Assembly: GCA_964508365.1 (NCBI GenBank)
Contig: CAZDTP010000009.1
Location: forward strand, 20,966 to 84,965
Source of the DNA: an uncultured archaeon
Lineage (GTDB): Archaea > Asgardarchaeota > Lokiarchaeia > Sigyniarchaeales > SOKP01
Reading direction: 5' to 3'
DNA length: 64,000 nucleotides
The position numbers and the translations under genes were made by a program. Below, piece after piece: positions 9,191 through 18,722 of the stretch (positions within the stretch are counted from its first letter, which is position 1; each line of letters begins with the position of its first letter). Under the pieces are notes generated by a model. It ran no database searches and was not told the origin of the DNA. It saw only the letters and a list, made by a program, of their open reading frames with translations.

Positions 9191-11377
9191 CTAATATATC
9201 TTAATTTCTATTACGATCTCCATTTCTTTTCTAAGTTTAAATTGAGATATAACATTAATACCTTGGTAAATAGTTTTATAACCTTCATCAGTGAATGCGT
9301 ATGCGACAATTGGAAATTTAAGTATTTCTATTAATTCAGTATCTGCCTTTGTTTCTCTTTGTAGTGAATATTCTAGGTTTAAATTATAAGATAAATCTTG
9401 GGCTTTAAATTGGTTCCCTGTGTATTGAAAAGGTTTAATTAGGTCATTTTTTGACTTATTTAAAAAAAGCAATTGGTTGCTTTCCCATTGAAATTTATCA
9501 GGATCACCATTAAAAAAGAAAGGAAGATCAATTCCTAAGAACAAATTATTGATGATTTTTTGGAGTAAATCTTCTTTTTCAGGTATTTTCTCGAACTTAC
9601 TTTTTAGAATTATTTTAATTTGATTTTCCTCAACATTTATTTTCTTAACGATAGAACAAGGATAAGAGTCATTAGAACTTGGGACGATTACATTACCTTT
9701 TTGTTCTAATTCTACAACGGCGGATTTTCCATTTTTTTCATTTTTAGTAACAATAAATTCACCGTCAACAAACGATCCGTATTCTCTATATCGATCTGCT
9801 TCGATAGCTTTGAATTTATCGTTGATGTGATAAAATCTTACCCTTAACATAGATTTCTTAAACCTATCAATCATTACTTTTTCTTTATCGATATCCTCGT
9901 CATCGTGATACGCTTCAGGCCACCGGGTTAAGGTATTTAAAAGATTATAGCATTTTGGTTTATAGTCTATCTCAAAAATGGTACCCCCATCCGATGGATT
10001 AATATAAATATTTAAAAGATCAGATTCAATTATGATATCCATTCTACTATCTTTGTTGAAATCTAAAGGCGTAACTGAGATATATTTATTTTCTAAGGAA
10101 AGGAACTTTGTATTCAAATTGTCAATCATGATTTCAGAGTTGATGAGGTGAGTATAAACGGAAAACCGTAAAAATTGTAAATAAACACCACCAAATAAGC
10201 CATGCCAATAGCAATCGTTGCATTGTGATTTATAAATTTCTGTCCAAGCTTTTTTTATTAATTTGTTGGCTTCATTTCTACTTTTTTGCCACTCCAACTT
10301 ATCTAAATTGTTTTCAACATGAATGAGTTTATCTCTCACATGGAGCATTTTCTTATGCATATTATTTGATTCTGGATATTTCACTAAGTAATATCTCCAG
10401 AAGCCTCCTTTTAAGAATAGATATTCGTCAAGTTTTTTAGGATTATCTTTTAACTTTTCTCTAATTTTTTTAAAAACTTTCCTTTCCTTCGTTGGTAAAA
10501 CCCATTCTTCCATTTTATCGTAACTTGCGGTTGGTAGGTATATTAAACTTTTCGCAGGATATTTTTCCATATATTCCGAAAGTGTAATAGACTTTATCCA
10601 GTTATTTTTGATTATCTGATCGAATAAAGCGGGAATAAATGGTTTCCCATTATCTCCATCTTTATGCCCCTCACCTTCAATATAACAAAATTGATGTGTT
10701 GTAGCCCATGCTCCCATTTTTTCTGCATCTGAGATTAATAAAGCTATCCTATCACCTTTTTCATCAGCAACGCTTTCCAAATATTCAATTGACATATAAG
10801 TAGGTTTCCATGGAGTTAAATATCTTAATTCTTCATTGATAGGAAATATTCTTAGAGATTTTCCTTCATCTTCAGTTATGTAAGAATATAGAGTATCCTC
10901 CTCTGTGATACCTGTCGAGCGAAAATGATTATCATCGACTATAACATATTTTAAGCCAGCATCATTTAGGAAAGAAGGGTAATTCGGCTCCCACACTCTC
11001 TCAGATAACCATGCACCTCTTACATCTAATCCGAATTCTTTTTTAATTAAATCAGATAGCTTTTTCATTTGAGCGATTTTATCGCGATAAGGGATAATTG
11101 CGAAAATAGGTTCATAATAACCCCCCCCAATTATCTCGATTTGTCCTCTTTTTGCCATAACTTTTATTTTGTCAATAAAATCTGGTTTGTTCTCAAGAAA
11201 CCATTCTAATAAATTTCCAGAAAAATGTAGCGTGAATTTAATCTCCTCATATTGGAATATATTGTCGATAAGGGGCATATATGATTTTTGATAAACATCT
11301 TCATAAACCTGAAGGTAGTTTCCTTCAGGTTGGTGAAAGTGAAATACAATGGGAAGGTGAATTTGTTTTTCGGTCAT
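9191..11377 (-). CDS. GH57 alpha-amylase/4-alpha-glucanotransferase with C-terminal beta-sandwich
   Basis: HFHQP, EIIGGGYYEP, WLSERVWEP (nucleophile Glu), SDAEKMG (acid/base Asp), QCNDCYWHGLFGG. Confidence 0.92.
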   Translation of the reverse strand: MTEKQIHLPIVFHFHQPEGNYLQVYEDVYQKSYMPLIDNIFQYEEIKFTLHFSGNLLEWFLENKPDFIDKIKVMAKRGQIEIIGGGYYEPIFAIIPYRDKIAQMKKLSDLIKKEFGLDVRGAWLSERVWEPNYPSFLNDAGLKYVIVDDNHFRSTGITEEDTLYSYITEDEGKSLRIFPINEELRYLTPWKPTYMSIEYLESVADEKGDRIALLISDAEKMGAWATTHQFCYIEGEGHKDGDNGKPFIPALFDQIIKNNWIKSITLSEYMEKYPAKSLIYLPTASYDKMEEWVLPTKERKVFKKIREKLKDNPKKLDEYLFLKGGFWRYYLVKYPESNNMHKKMLHVRDKLIHVENNLDKLEWQKSRNEANKLIKKAWTEIYKSQCNDCYWHGLFGGVYLQFLRFSVYTHLINSEIMIDNLNTKFLSLENKYISVTPLDFNKDSRMDIIIESDLLNIYINPSDGGTIFEIDYKPKCYNLLNTLTRWPEAYHDDEDIDKEKVMIDRFKKSMLRVRFYHINDKFKAIEADRYREYGSFVDGEFIVTKNEKNGKSAVVELEQKGNVIVPSSNDSYPCSIVKKINVEENQIKIILKSKFEKIPEKEDLLQKIINNLFLGIDLPFFFNGDPDKFQWESNQLLFLNKSKNDLIKPFQYTGNQFKAQDLSYNLNLEYSLQRETKADTELIEILKFPIVAYAFTDEGYKTIYQGINVISQFKLRKEMEIVIEIKIY

Positions 11378-11639
11378 AATGTCGATGTTATAATTTTATA
11401 ATATAACAAAATTAAGAAAGAATTACTTTAAATCTATTTGGATTCATTAATTTAATTCAGAAGAAATCCTTTGAAATGTAGTTTTAATTCCCTAGTTATA
11501 ATCCAATCATACTTCACATGTGTATTAAAATAGAAAAACATTTTAAAACTCTAAAAATATTAAACACTTTAAGGATAAACATATTATATAAAAAATATCC
11601 ATGAAAACTTTAGAGAAATGTATCTTTAATTAAAACTAA

Positions 11640-13391
11640 GTGTTATTTATAATTATGAGAGATTTTTTTGATAAAAATTTATTCCAAGAAGTATTTAATT
11701 CTAATGAATTTAAAGGATGGCTTCTTTCGAGAAGATGGTTTGGTGATAAATCGTTATTATCTAATTTACTATTTAAGATAACACTTTACTACTTTAATAT
11801 CATCTCGGAAAATATTTTTTTAACGATAATTGAGGTTAGCTACGATGAATATTCTAAAAAATACTTCCTACCTATCATAATCTACGAAAAAATTCAAGAT
11901 ATACTTGAACCTAACGAAACTACAGGAGAAAATGTTGTTAAACTAACTGTAAACACATTCAGCAAAATACTAGCACTTAGTGTGCATGATAATCAAAAAG
12001 AAAAGATAATTTATCTGAATCTTGTTGAAGCAGAGTATTGCGTTTTATTCTGGAAGAAAATGTTATTTGATAAGACAATTTCTGAAACATTCCCTAACAT
12101 GTCTTTAGAACTTACGCTATATTCTGAACAGTTTGAAGACGATTTTAATATGCTGAAGGTACGCAATTTAATTGAAGCTAGTTTATATCCTGAACGGTAT
12201 GAATATGGCTTACATCAGTTAGGTGGGGGGAATACAACAAATTCTCTATTTTTATTAGAAGTATCAAATAAGAAAAACTCTCATGAAAAACCTATTTCAT
12301 ATGTTTTAAAATCGTATAAAGACTATTCAGGAAGTTTAGAACCAAGGAAATTGTTTGTTTTAGTGAAAAACAATTTTCCCAATGCTCCAAAAATATATGG
12401 TATGATAAAAATTCAAGGTAGAGAAACAATTGGGATACTTGAAGATGTCCCAAACAGTGGAAATTTGGGAGATATCTATTGGAATGAGCTTAATAGCATG
12501 GTGAATTCGATTTTTGAAGTTGTTGATGACGATGATCCCTCCCTAAAAGATAAAGAGAAAATATCTGGATTTATAAAAAACTACTGTGTTAATTCATTAC
12601 AAGTGTCTGAAAAAATAGGACTCCAGATCAAAAAGTTACACGAAGCCTTAATTCTACAGAGTGATCCATTATATTCAAAAGAAACCGTCTCAAGCGTGGA
12701 CTATTTAAAAAATTACACAGAAAATTTACTTGAGATGGTAGAAAGAATGCAAGAAACCATGAGTAGAAGTTCTGAAGGGGCATTTTATTCCTCCCCTAAG
12801 ATATTATCCATTTTAATTGACATCAAGGATATTATTGAGAAATTCCGTTCTGAATTTAACGCTGATACAATTAATATCCAACCAGTTCATCAAGATCTCC
12901 ACTTCCAACAAATTCTTGTTAACAAATCAAACGGCGATTATATGTTCTATTTTATTGATTTTGAGGGAGATCCGCAGCTCGATTTTAAGGAAAAAGAAAA
13001 AAAGTTCCCAATAGAAAAAGATTTGGCAAGTTTTTTAAGATCACTTAGCTATATTAAATTTAATACTCTGCTGAAATTTATTGAGGATAAAATAATAGAC
13101 CAAGATAAGATTGAAGTTCCAGCGGAATTTCTTTTTAATCTCTACTTCAGAAAATCTTCAAAAATCACGAAAAAGCAAAAAATATTGAAAATTGCCTTAA
13201 AAATCCTAAATGTGTGGGAAAATAAATTAATGGGTAAAATTTTTGAGCAAAGTCCAGAACTTCAAATTACTTTACTTAATTATTTTACGATTGAAAGAGT
13301 ATTACACGAATTAGATTACGAACTGCTGTTTAGACCTGATAAAATTCTTATTCCAATTCTTGGTTTAAAGGAAATTATAGATAAATATTAA
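11640..13391 (+). CDS. Maltokinase-like (Mak/Pep2, TreS C-terminal-like) phosphotransferase; start probably ATG at 11655
   Basis: WLxxRRWFG N-terminus, HQDLHFQQIL, IDFEGDP, KDLASFLRS, ELDYEL..RPD match aminoglycoside-phosphotransferase-fold maltokinases. Confidence 0.8.
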   Translation: MLFIIMRDFFDKNLFQEVFNSNEFKGWLLSRRWFGDKSLLSNLLFKITLYYFNIISENIFLTIIEVSYDEYSKKYFLPIIIYEKIQDILEPNETTGENVVKLTVNTFSKILALSVHDNQKEKIIYLNLVEAEYCVLFWKKMLFDKTISETFPNMSLELTLYSEQFEDDFNMLKVRNLIEASLYPERYEYGLHQLGGGNTTNSLFLLEVSNKKNSHEKPISYVLKSYKDYSGSLEPRKLFVLVKNNFPNAPKIYGMIKIQGRETIGILEDVPNSGNLGDIYWNELNSMVNSIFEVVDDDDPSLKDKEKISGFIKNYCVNSLQVSEKIGLQIKKLHEALILQSDPLYSKETVSSVDYLKNYTENLLEMVERMQETMSRSSEGAFYSSPKILSILIDIKDIIEKFRSEFNADTINIQPVHQDLHFQQILVNKSNGDYMFYFIDFEGDPQLDFKEKEKKFPIEKDLASFLRSLSYIKFNTLLKFIEDKIIDQDKIEVPAEFLFNLYFRKSSKITKKQKILKIALKILNVWENKLMGKIFEQSPELQITLLNYFTIERVLHELDYELLFRPDKILIPILGLKEIIDKY

Positions 13392-13407
13392 TTTATTCCT
13401 TTAGTAG

Positions 13408-14016
13408 TTAGCTTTCTTTATCTATTCTCGCGAACTCATAAGAATAATGAGAGGAAGAAATATCTAATTGTTTCATCTGATTTTTATATTTTTGACGTAA
13501 ACTTTTATTCCCTTTCATTTCTTCTTCGACGTAACTAGGATTCAATTCTTTTTGTTCAAATAATCGCCATAAAAAAGCTTCTGCAAATTTAGTAGGTCCA
13601 AATTTCTTTTCTACCAGCACAAAGTTGCTCTCATCCAATAAATTATTAAAAAATCCTAGATTATCGCAAAAATCAATCTTGAATGGTAGATCCTCTTGTT
13701 TTCCATAGATTCTAGCAATATCATTTATGAATATTCCTAGTTTATCTCCAAATTTTGTCTGTTCCGTTTCATCCAACTTTTCAATAAGATTTCGAAAAAA
13801 ACTCCTTTTAATAATAATTAAATCACGATCGTTTAATGATTGAATTGTTGATTTGCGTTTTAAGAAGTATTTACTAAGCTCTAAATAATTTTTTATTAGA
13901 CTATTTTTCGTGATACCCATTCTATCTTTCATTCTATCCAAATTCTCATTCAATTCTTGATCTATCCTTATTGTAATAACTTTGGTGAACTTTTTTGGTT
14001 CAGAATCTTTACTCAA
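13408..14016 (-). CDS. Ribbon-helix-helix regulator with uncharacterised C-terminal domain
   Basis: KVITIRIDQELNENLDRMKDRMGITKNSLIKNYL is a classic RHH pattern; TTG start 6 nt after GAGATGA. Confidence 0.75.
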   Translation of the reverse strand: MSKDSEPKKFTKVITIRIDQELNENLDRMKDRMGITKNSLIKNYLELSKYFLKRKSTIQSLNDRDLIIIKRSFFRNLIEKLDETEQTKFGDKLGIFINDIARIYGKQEDLPFKIDFCDNLGFFNNLLDESNFVLVEKKFGPTKFAEAFLWRLFEQKELNPSYVEEEMKGNKSLRQKYKNQMKQLDISSSHYSYEFARIDKES

Positions 14017-14050
14017 CGGTCATCATCTCAAATTAAATTAGGAGTAATAT

Positions 14051-14079
14051 TTGTATGCATTTATAATCATATGCAACAA
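14051..14079. promoter_or_regulatory. Imperfect inverted repeat flanking a TATA-like box upstream of the RHH gene
   Basis: TTGTATGCAT-ttataatcat-ATGCAACAA, 35-63 nt upstream of the 14016 start. Confidence 0.4.
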
Positions 14080-14642
14080 TTGTAAGTATTGTAACCTAAC
14101 TAATATAATTTTGTGATTTATTAGTGGGATATTTATATAAATTTATCATCTTTAAATTCTCTTACTGAGAATGGTTATAATTATAGTTAAAGACATTTAC
14201 CACTATTAATTAGCTTGTACAGATAAGTAATCCTAGATTACATAGCCATGTTGCCCAATTATTTTTGTATTAATAATAGTATAAAAAAATATGCAATTCG
14301 TTTTAAGGTATATAACTATATTCTATATCAAATAAACAACCTTTTGAATAAAATGAGCGATTAAACATCGAGCGTTCATGAATAAGAAAGGCTATTACTA
14401 GATAAATCAATCAATTTAAGAATCTCTTTGATCAAATTGAGTAAGGTCTTAATGATACCACAATTTTGACAATTTTCAATTTACACTATTTCTTACGCAT
14501 CGATTGTAATTTTTGTAACTATTATAGTAAAATGTTATCAAGTGAATATTGAATTAGACTTATAAGGATATACTAACTTTCTAAATATGTATCCTAAGAT
14601 TAGGGTTCGTCTAAAATTTTAGTTAAGGGTTGAAAAATATCT

Positions 14643-15029
14643 ATGGAGTTAAGTGAACCTAACCTATCGAGTAGTGAAATAACAGAATCAGATATAAATG
14701 AAGTAGAAAACGTAAATATATTAGAATTAGATTTATATACTGATAGTAATAATTCATTGACTAATGAATCGAACTTTAGTATTGAAAAGGTAGTAAAAGC
14801 ACTTTCTTCAGCAACAAGACGCTATATTTTACACCAGATTCAGAACTCGAATGATGGGATGGATGTTTCCAATATTGCTTCGTCATTAGGTATGACCGAA
14901 GCTAACATTTCTGCTCAAATTAAAAAACTTCAAGACGCAGGTCTGATCTTTTGTAAATATTGTTCGGGTAATCATGGAGTGCGTAAAATTAGTAAAGTAA
15001 AATTTAATCAAATAATAATCAATTTTTAA
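14643..15029 (+). CDS. ArsR-type winged-helix regulator with acidic N-terminal extension
   Basis: KALSSATRRYIL..., IASSLGMTEANISAQIKKLQDAGLI. Confidence 0.85.
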   Translation: MELSEPNLSSSEITESDINEVENVNILELDLYTDSNNSLTNESNFSIEKVVKALSSATRRYILHQIQNSNDGMDVSNIASSLGMTEANISAQIKKLQDAGLIFCKYCSGNHGVRKISKVKFNQIIINF

Positions 15030-15071
15030 CTACACATATATTCCTTATCGATAAATAATTTAGGGATAAAG

Positions 15072-16250
15072 TTAATTCTGCTGGAAATTTGAAATTAACA
15101 CATTCTTAATTTTTTCAAAATGTCCTAAGTTAATCAATAGTAAGTCGTTTAAAGCATCCGTTAATCCTGTTATTTCTATTTTTTCAACAATTTTATAGTA
15201 AGGACTTTTCTTAAGATCTTTTGTTAGAGCTTTATTCTCTTCAATTCCATTCAATAAATAGTCTCTACAATTTATTTCCTTGCTTCCCAATATCCTTTGA
15301 ATAATAGCAAGCAACATCGTATCAAAAGTGACTCTTAATATGATTTCTCGGTCAAAATCTTTTTTAATTTTGAATAGATAATCCTTAATTAGTAAAATTG
15401 ATTCTTTAAACAGTTTAATTGAATCGTTTCCAAGTTTTTCTATTTTTTCTTTAAAATCAACATTTCTTAAGGCAGTTAAGCAGATTGCTGAAACCGTTTG
15501 GTATTCAGCAACAAAATGGATGAACCTTGCTTTGGTGTTAAGCATAGTATCTTTAGATTCAGCATCATCAAGCAATTCTTCGAGGTTAGTTAACGATTTT
15601 TGGAAATAAGTAGAAATATTATAAAATTTTTCTGCCGCAGCTTCAAATTCTTTATTTACTATTAAAATTTGAGCCCGTTTTTCTTCCTCTTGATAGAGAT
15701 CGTCAAATTTATTGATTTTCATTACAGCTCTTAATATTAACTGCTTTCCTCTATCTTTTGTAATTTGAGATCGTTCAAACGCTTGTCCCGCTTTTAAAAG
15801 GAGTATTGAAGCCAAATTAGAATATTCTTCAGGATCTGACTCGTATAAATAATCTGATGCACTATTCCAACTTTCACCAGCTGTTTCCCAATCTTTCATT
15901 CGAAATGAGATATTACCCAGCTGAATTAATAATTTTGCCGATATTTCATATAGTTTTAATTCTTCAGTTTTTCGAATTATTGATTTCAAGCGATAAATTG
16001 CTTGAATGTTGCTTTTAAACTGTGATATAATCTGAGTTATTCTAATATAGATTTCATCTAACTTAATATAACTCCCTAAATCAAGGTAAATTTGAGCTGC
16101 TTGTTCGTATTCTTTAATAGAATCATCTCCTTTACCTTTATCGGCTAATTCTTCAGCAATGTCAATTAATCTGATCGCTTCAGCTTCCTTTTCATCTTTT
16201 TCGTCGTTGTTATACATAATCAAATTCTCCAAGATAGTTCGATAAATCAA
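15072..16250 (-). CDS. Alpha-solenoid (TPR/SNAP-like) protein; start probably the internal ATG (MYNND)
   Basis: Repeated helical A-x-x-Y/W-x-x-A-A-x-x-Y/F patterns (YEQAAQIY, WNSASDYL, EAAAEKFY); no catalytic motif. Confidence 0.6.
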   Translation of the reverse strand: MIYRTILENLIMYNNDEKDEKEAEAIRLIDIAEELADKGKGDDSIKEYEQAAQIYLDLGSYIKLDEIYIRITQIISQFKSNIQAIYRLKSIIRKTEELKLYEISAKLLIQLGNISFRMKDWETAGESWNSASDYLYESDPEEYSNLASILLLKAGQAFERSQITKDRGKQLILRAVMKINKFDDLYQEEEKRAQILIVNKEFEAAAEKFYNISTYFQKSLTNLEELLDDAESKDTMLNTKARFIHFVAEYQTVSAICLTALRNVDFKEKIEKLGNDSIKLFKESILLIKDYLFKIKKDFDREIILRVTFDTMLLAIIQRILGSKEINCRDYLLNGIEENKALTKDLKKSPYYKIVEKIEITGLTDALNDLLLINLGHFEKIKNVLISNFQQN

Positions 16251-16365
16251 TATAGATTAAATTTGTAATTCTATTCAGTAATCCAAATGCGATAGTTCTT
16301 TAGTTATTGAATGAAATTAAGCTTATTTAAATTTTGACCATAAAAAATAGAATTCTATTTATGCT

Positions 16366-17265
16366 CTAAAAATTATCAAATAGTCTGATATTATCTTTTT
16401 TCATTACTTTTTTAAGCTCAATAGCCTGATAGACAGACGCAAAGCATTCAAAGCAGTCTTCAATTGCTCCATAAAAAATAAAATTAGAATACCAAGAAGC
16501 AATAAACATTACACTCGCTTTTCGAGCTTTTGTGTGGAATTTTTTGTTTAATCTTGGTGAAGAATATCTAAAGAGAAAAAGAGTTGGTGCTGTACCTACG
16601 GGAAGTTTGAGAGCGCTACTAACAATTTGTTGAGTCTCAAGGATGTGTGAGAAACTTTCAATATCGATTACTCCGCCATCAATCCAAATTTTTTCAATCC
16701 CAATTTTCTTTAATCCATCTATGATATTTACATTTCCAGGTTGGCTATTCTCTGTAATGTAAGCGTATCTCTGAGTCGATCTCATGTTATTAGAGCCAAG
16801 TATTAAAACTACAACCGATTTTATTCGATATTTCTTGATTAACTCAGTTTCTTTTGCATTTCTGAGATTTGATACGGAATTGTAAATATAATCCTCTGGT
16901 TTTATCCCTCGTTCGTTCAAATGTTCAATTCCAGCAATTCTTGCTTCAAAACTACCACCTAAAACGAAGGGAGGGTTATAATGGTCCAAATAAAAATCTA
17001 AGTATTTCACCATTGCATTTGGCGTTGTAGCAGAGATTTCGACCAAATCTGAAAGTTTATATTGAGAAGCTAGACTCTTTTGAGCATCAATTCTTTTTCT
17101 TGCTTTAGTTTCATCAAATTGGTGCTCATATTTTCTATCAACTAATGTTTGACCTTGATAGAACATTGTGCCGATTAATACTGGAGGGTAAAAAAAATTA
17201 CCATATCCTAACTTAACATTGCCGTATAAATAATAGTCCTCATTCATGGTTGTTTTAAAGCACAA
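16366..17265 (-). CDS. MtrH/MtgA-family pterin-binding methyltransferase-like protein
   Basis: PVLIGTMFYQGQTLV-D...FDE.KA, IYNS, LPVGTAP, FIFYGAIE correspond to MtrH-family motifs (VLIGSIFY..., IYNS, LP.G..P, F.LYGPIE). Confidence 0.75.
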   Translation of the reverse strand: MCFKTTMNEDYYLYGNVKLGYGNFFYPPVLIGTMFYQGQTLVDRKYEHQFDETKARKRIDAQKSLASQYKLSDLVEISATTPNAMVKYLDFYLDHYNPPFVLGGSFEARIAGIEHLNERGIKPEDYIYNSVSNLRNAKETELIKKYRIKSVVVLILGSNNMRSTQRYAYITENSQPGNVNIIDGLKKIGIEKIWIDGGVIDIESFSHILETQQIVSSALKLPVGTAPTLFLFRYSSPRLNKKFHTKARKASVMFIASWYSNFIFYGAIEDCFECFASVYQAIELKKVMKKDNIRLFDNF

Positions 17266-17345
17266 ATAAGTATTTAAGAAATTATATTTTACATCAATTA
17301 TAATTTATCTTATTTAATTGGATTGATACTTCGACGCTGTTGAGG

Positions 17346-18545
17346 CTAGAATTTATGCAATTTTACTCCACAGTTTTTACAGCGACTTTCTGTTAAATCT
17401 TTAAAATGAGATTCATGAAATAATGATTTGCAATTATCACACCTTAAGATATCTTGCCCTTCCTCAAATATTAAATTACAAACAGGGCAAGACTTAAACA
17501 TATCATCAGAATCTAAATCGCCAAATTTTATTGACTCAACATGAGAAAGTTCCGGCGTTTTAGGCTCTTTTTTAGCTTTTATCCTTGGTTTGGAAAGAGA
17601 TGTGAGCTTTTGAACTTGAGACACTTCAGTTGGAATCTTTAATAAATAGAAGCAATGAGGGCATCGAACTGTTCCCGCTTGTATCATTTTTCTGTCTTTT
17701 TGGGAATTAGCCCAAGAAGATAAACAGTGAATATGATATGGTGTTTGGCAATTAGGGCAATAACGACCGCTAACATAAAAGGAACTTTTAGTGTAGGGAT
17801 TTATATCTGAAAAGCAGATCGAACATTTTTTATAATCTGCTAAGCCTCTTATCTGTAACAATCTTTGTTCTTGATCTTTTGTCAGATCATGGACTCTTAA
17901 AAGATCAGCTGCTATTTTTCTAAGAAAAGCGGGATTTTCAATAATTGAAGTTTTCCCGTCGCCGTAAGTTTTAATATTAGATCCTGCTAAATCATGAGCC
18001 GCTTGTAGTAAAGATTGAGCGTCATTATTGTAATAATAGTTTCCCCCTGTGAGGTCGCTCATCCTTTTTAAAATATTGAGAGGAGAAAGTTCACCCAATC
18101 GAAATGTATCTATTTTTACATTTAATCCTTGAGCTAAACGTGCCATTTTCAATGGATCAATAGAAGTAGTAGTAAAATTGCCATCCGAAATAACAAGAAT
18201 TCGAGGAACTTTAGCTGATATCTTTCGTAATTCAGAAATAATTAATTTAATAGAAAGTCCTAGGGCTTCTCCCAGAGCTGATTTTCCAGAAACCTCTAAA
18301 TCATCTAACACTTCAAAAAGTATTTTATTATCATTTGTAAAATCCATTATTTTTTTTGGTTTATTCGAAAATTGTACAATTGCGAACGCACTTGAAGTAT
18401 CTTGAGCTAATCTCTCACTTATTAATTTTTTCAAAGCATCTATACTACAATTTAACCGATTTGGGGTATAATCTGCTCGATACATTGATCTAGAGGTGTC
18501 GATGCAAATAACAATATTTTCTGAGTGCCATTCAGCCAAATTCAA
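17346..18545 (-). CDS. vWA domain (Rpn10/Ssl1-p44-like) plus two RING-like zinc fingers
   Basis: IDTSRSMYRADYTPNRL, ILVISDG, TGGNYY; then CxxC-x18-CxxC-x4-HxxC-x20-CxxC and CxxC-x12-CxxC-x4-HxxH-x8-CxxC. Confidence 0.85.
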   Translation of the reverse strand: MNLAEWHSENIVICIDTSRSMYRADYTPNRLNCSIDALKKLISERLAQDTSSAFAIVQFSNKPKKIMDFTNDNKILFEVLDDLEVSGKSALGEALGLSIKLIISELRKISAKVPRILVISDGNFTTTSIDPLKMARLAQGLNVKIDTFRLGELSPLNILKRMSDLTGGNYYYNNDAQSLLQAAHDLAGSNIKTYGDGKTSIIENPAFLRKIAADLLRVHDLTKDQEQRLLQIRGLADYKKCSICFSDINPYTKSSFYVSGRYCPNCQTPYHIHCLSSWANSQKDRKMIQAGTVRCPHCFYLLKIPTEVSQVQKLTSLSKPRIKAKKEPKTPELSHVESIKFGDLDSDDMFKSCPVCNLIFEEGQDILRCDNCKSLFHESHFKDLTESRCKNCGVKLHKF

Positions 18546-18722
18546 ATCCCATTTACGCTTTTAAAAGAACCCGTAAGTTTCTCTAATAGAATAATCTAAC
18601 AAATAGAATAAAAAATTATGTTTTTTCAGAAAACTAAAATTTTATTAATTAGATATTTTACTATAAAATAAAGTTACACTATAAATTAAAGTATAATTGA
18701 TTTTAAATCCGATGAGTCATTC

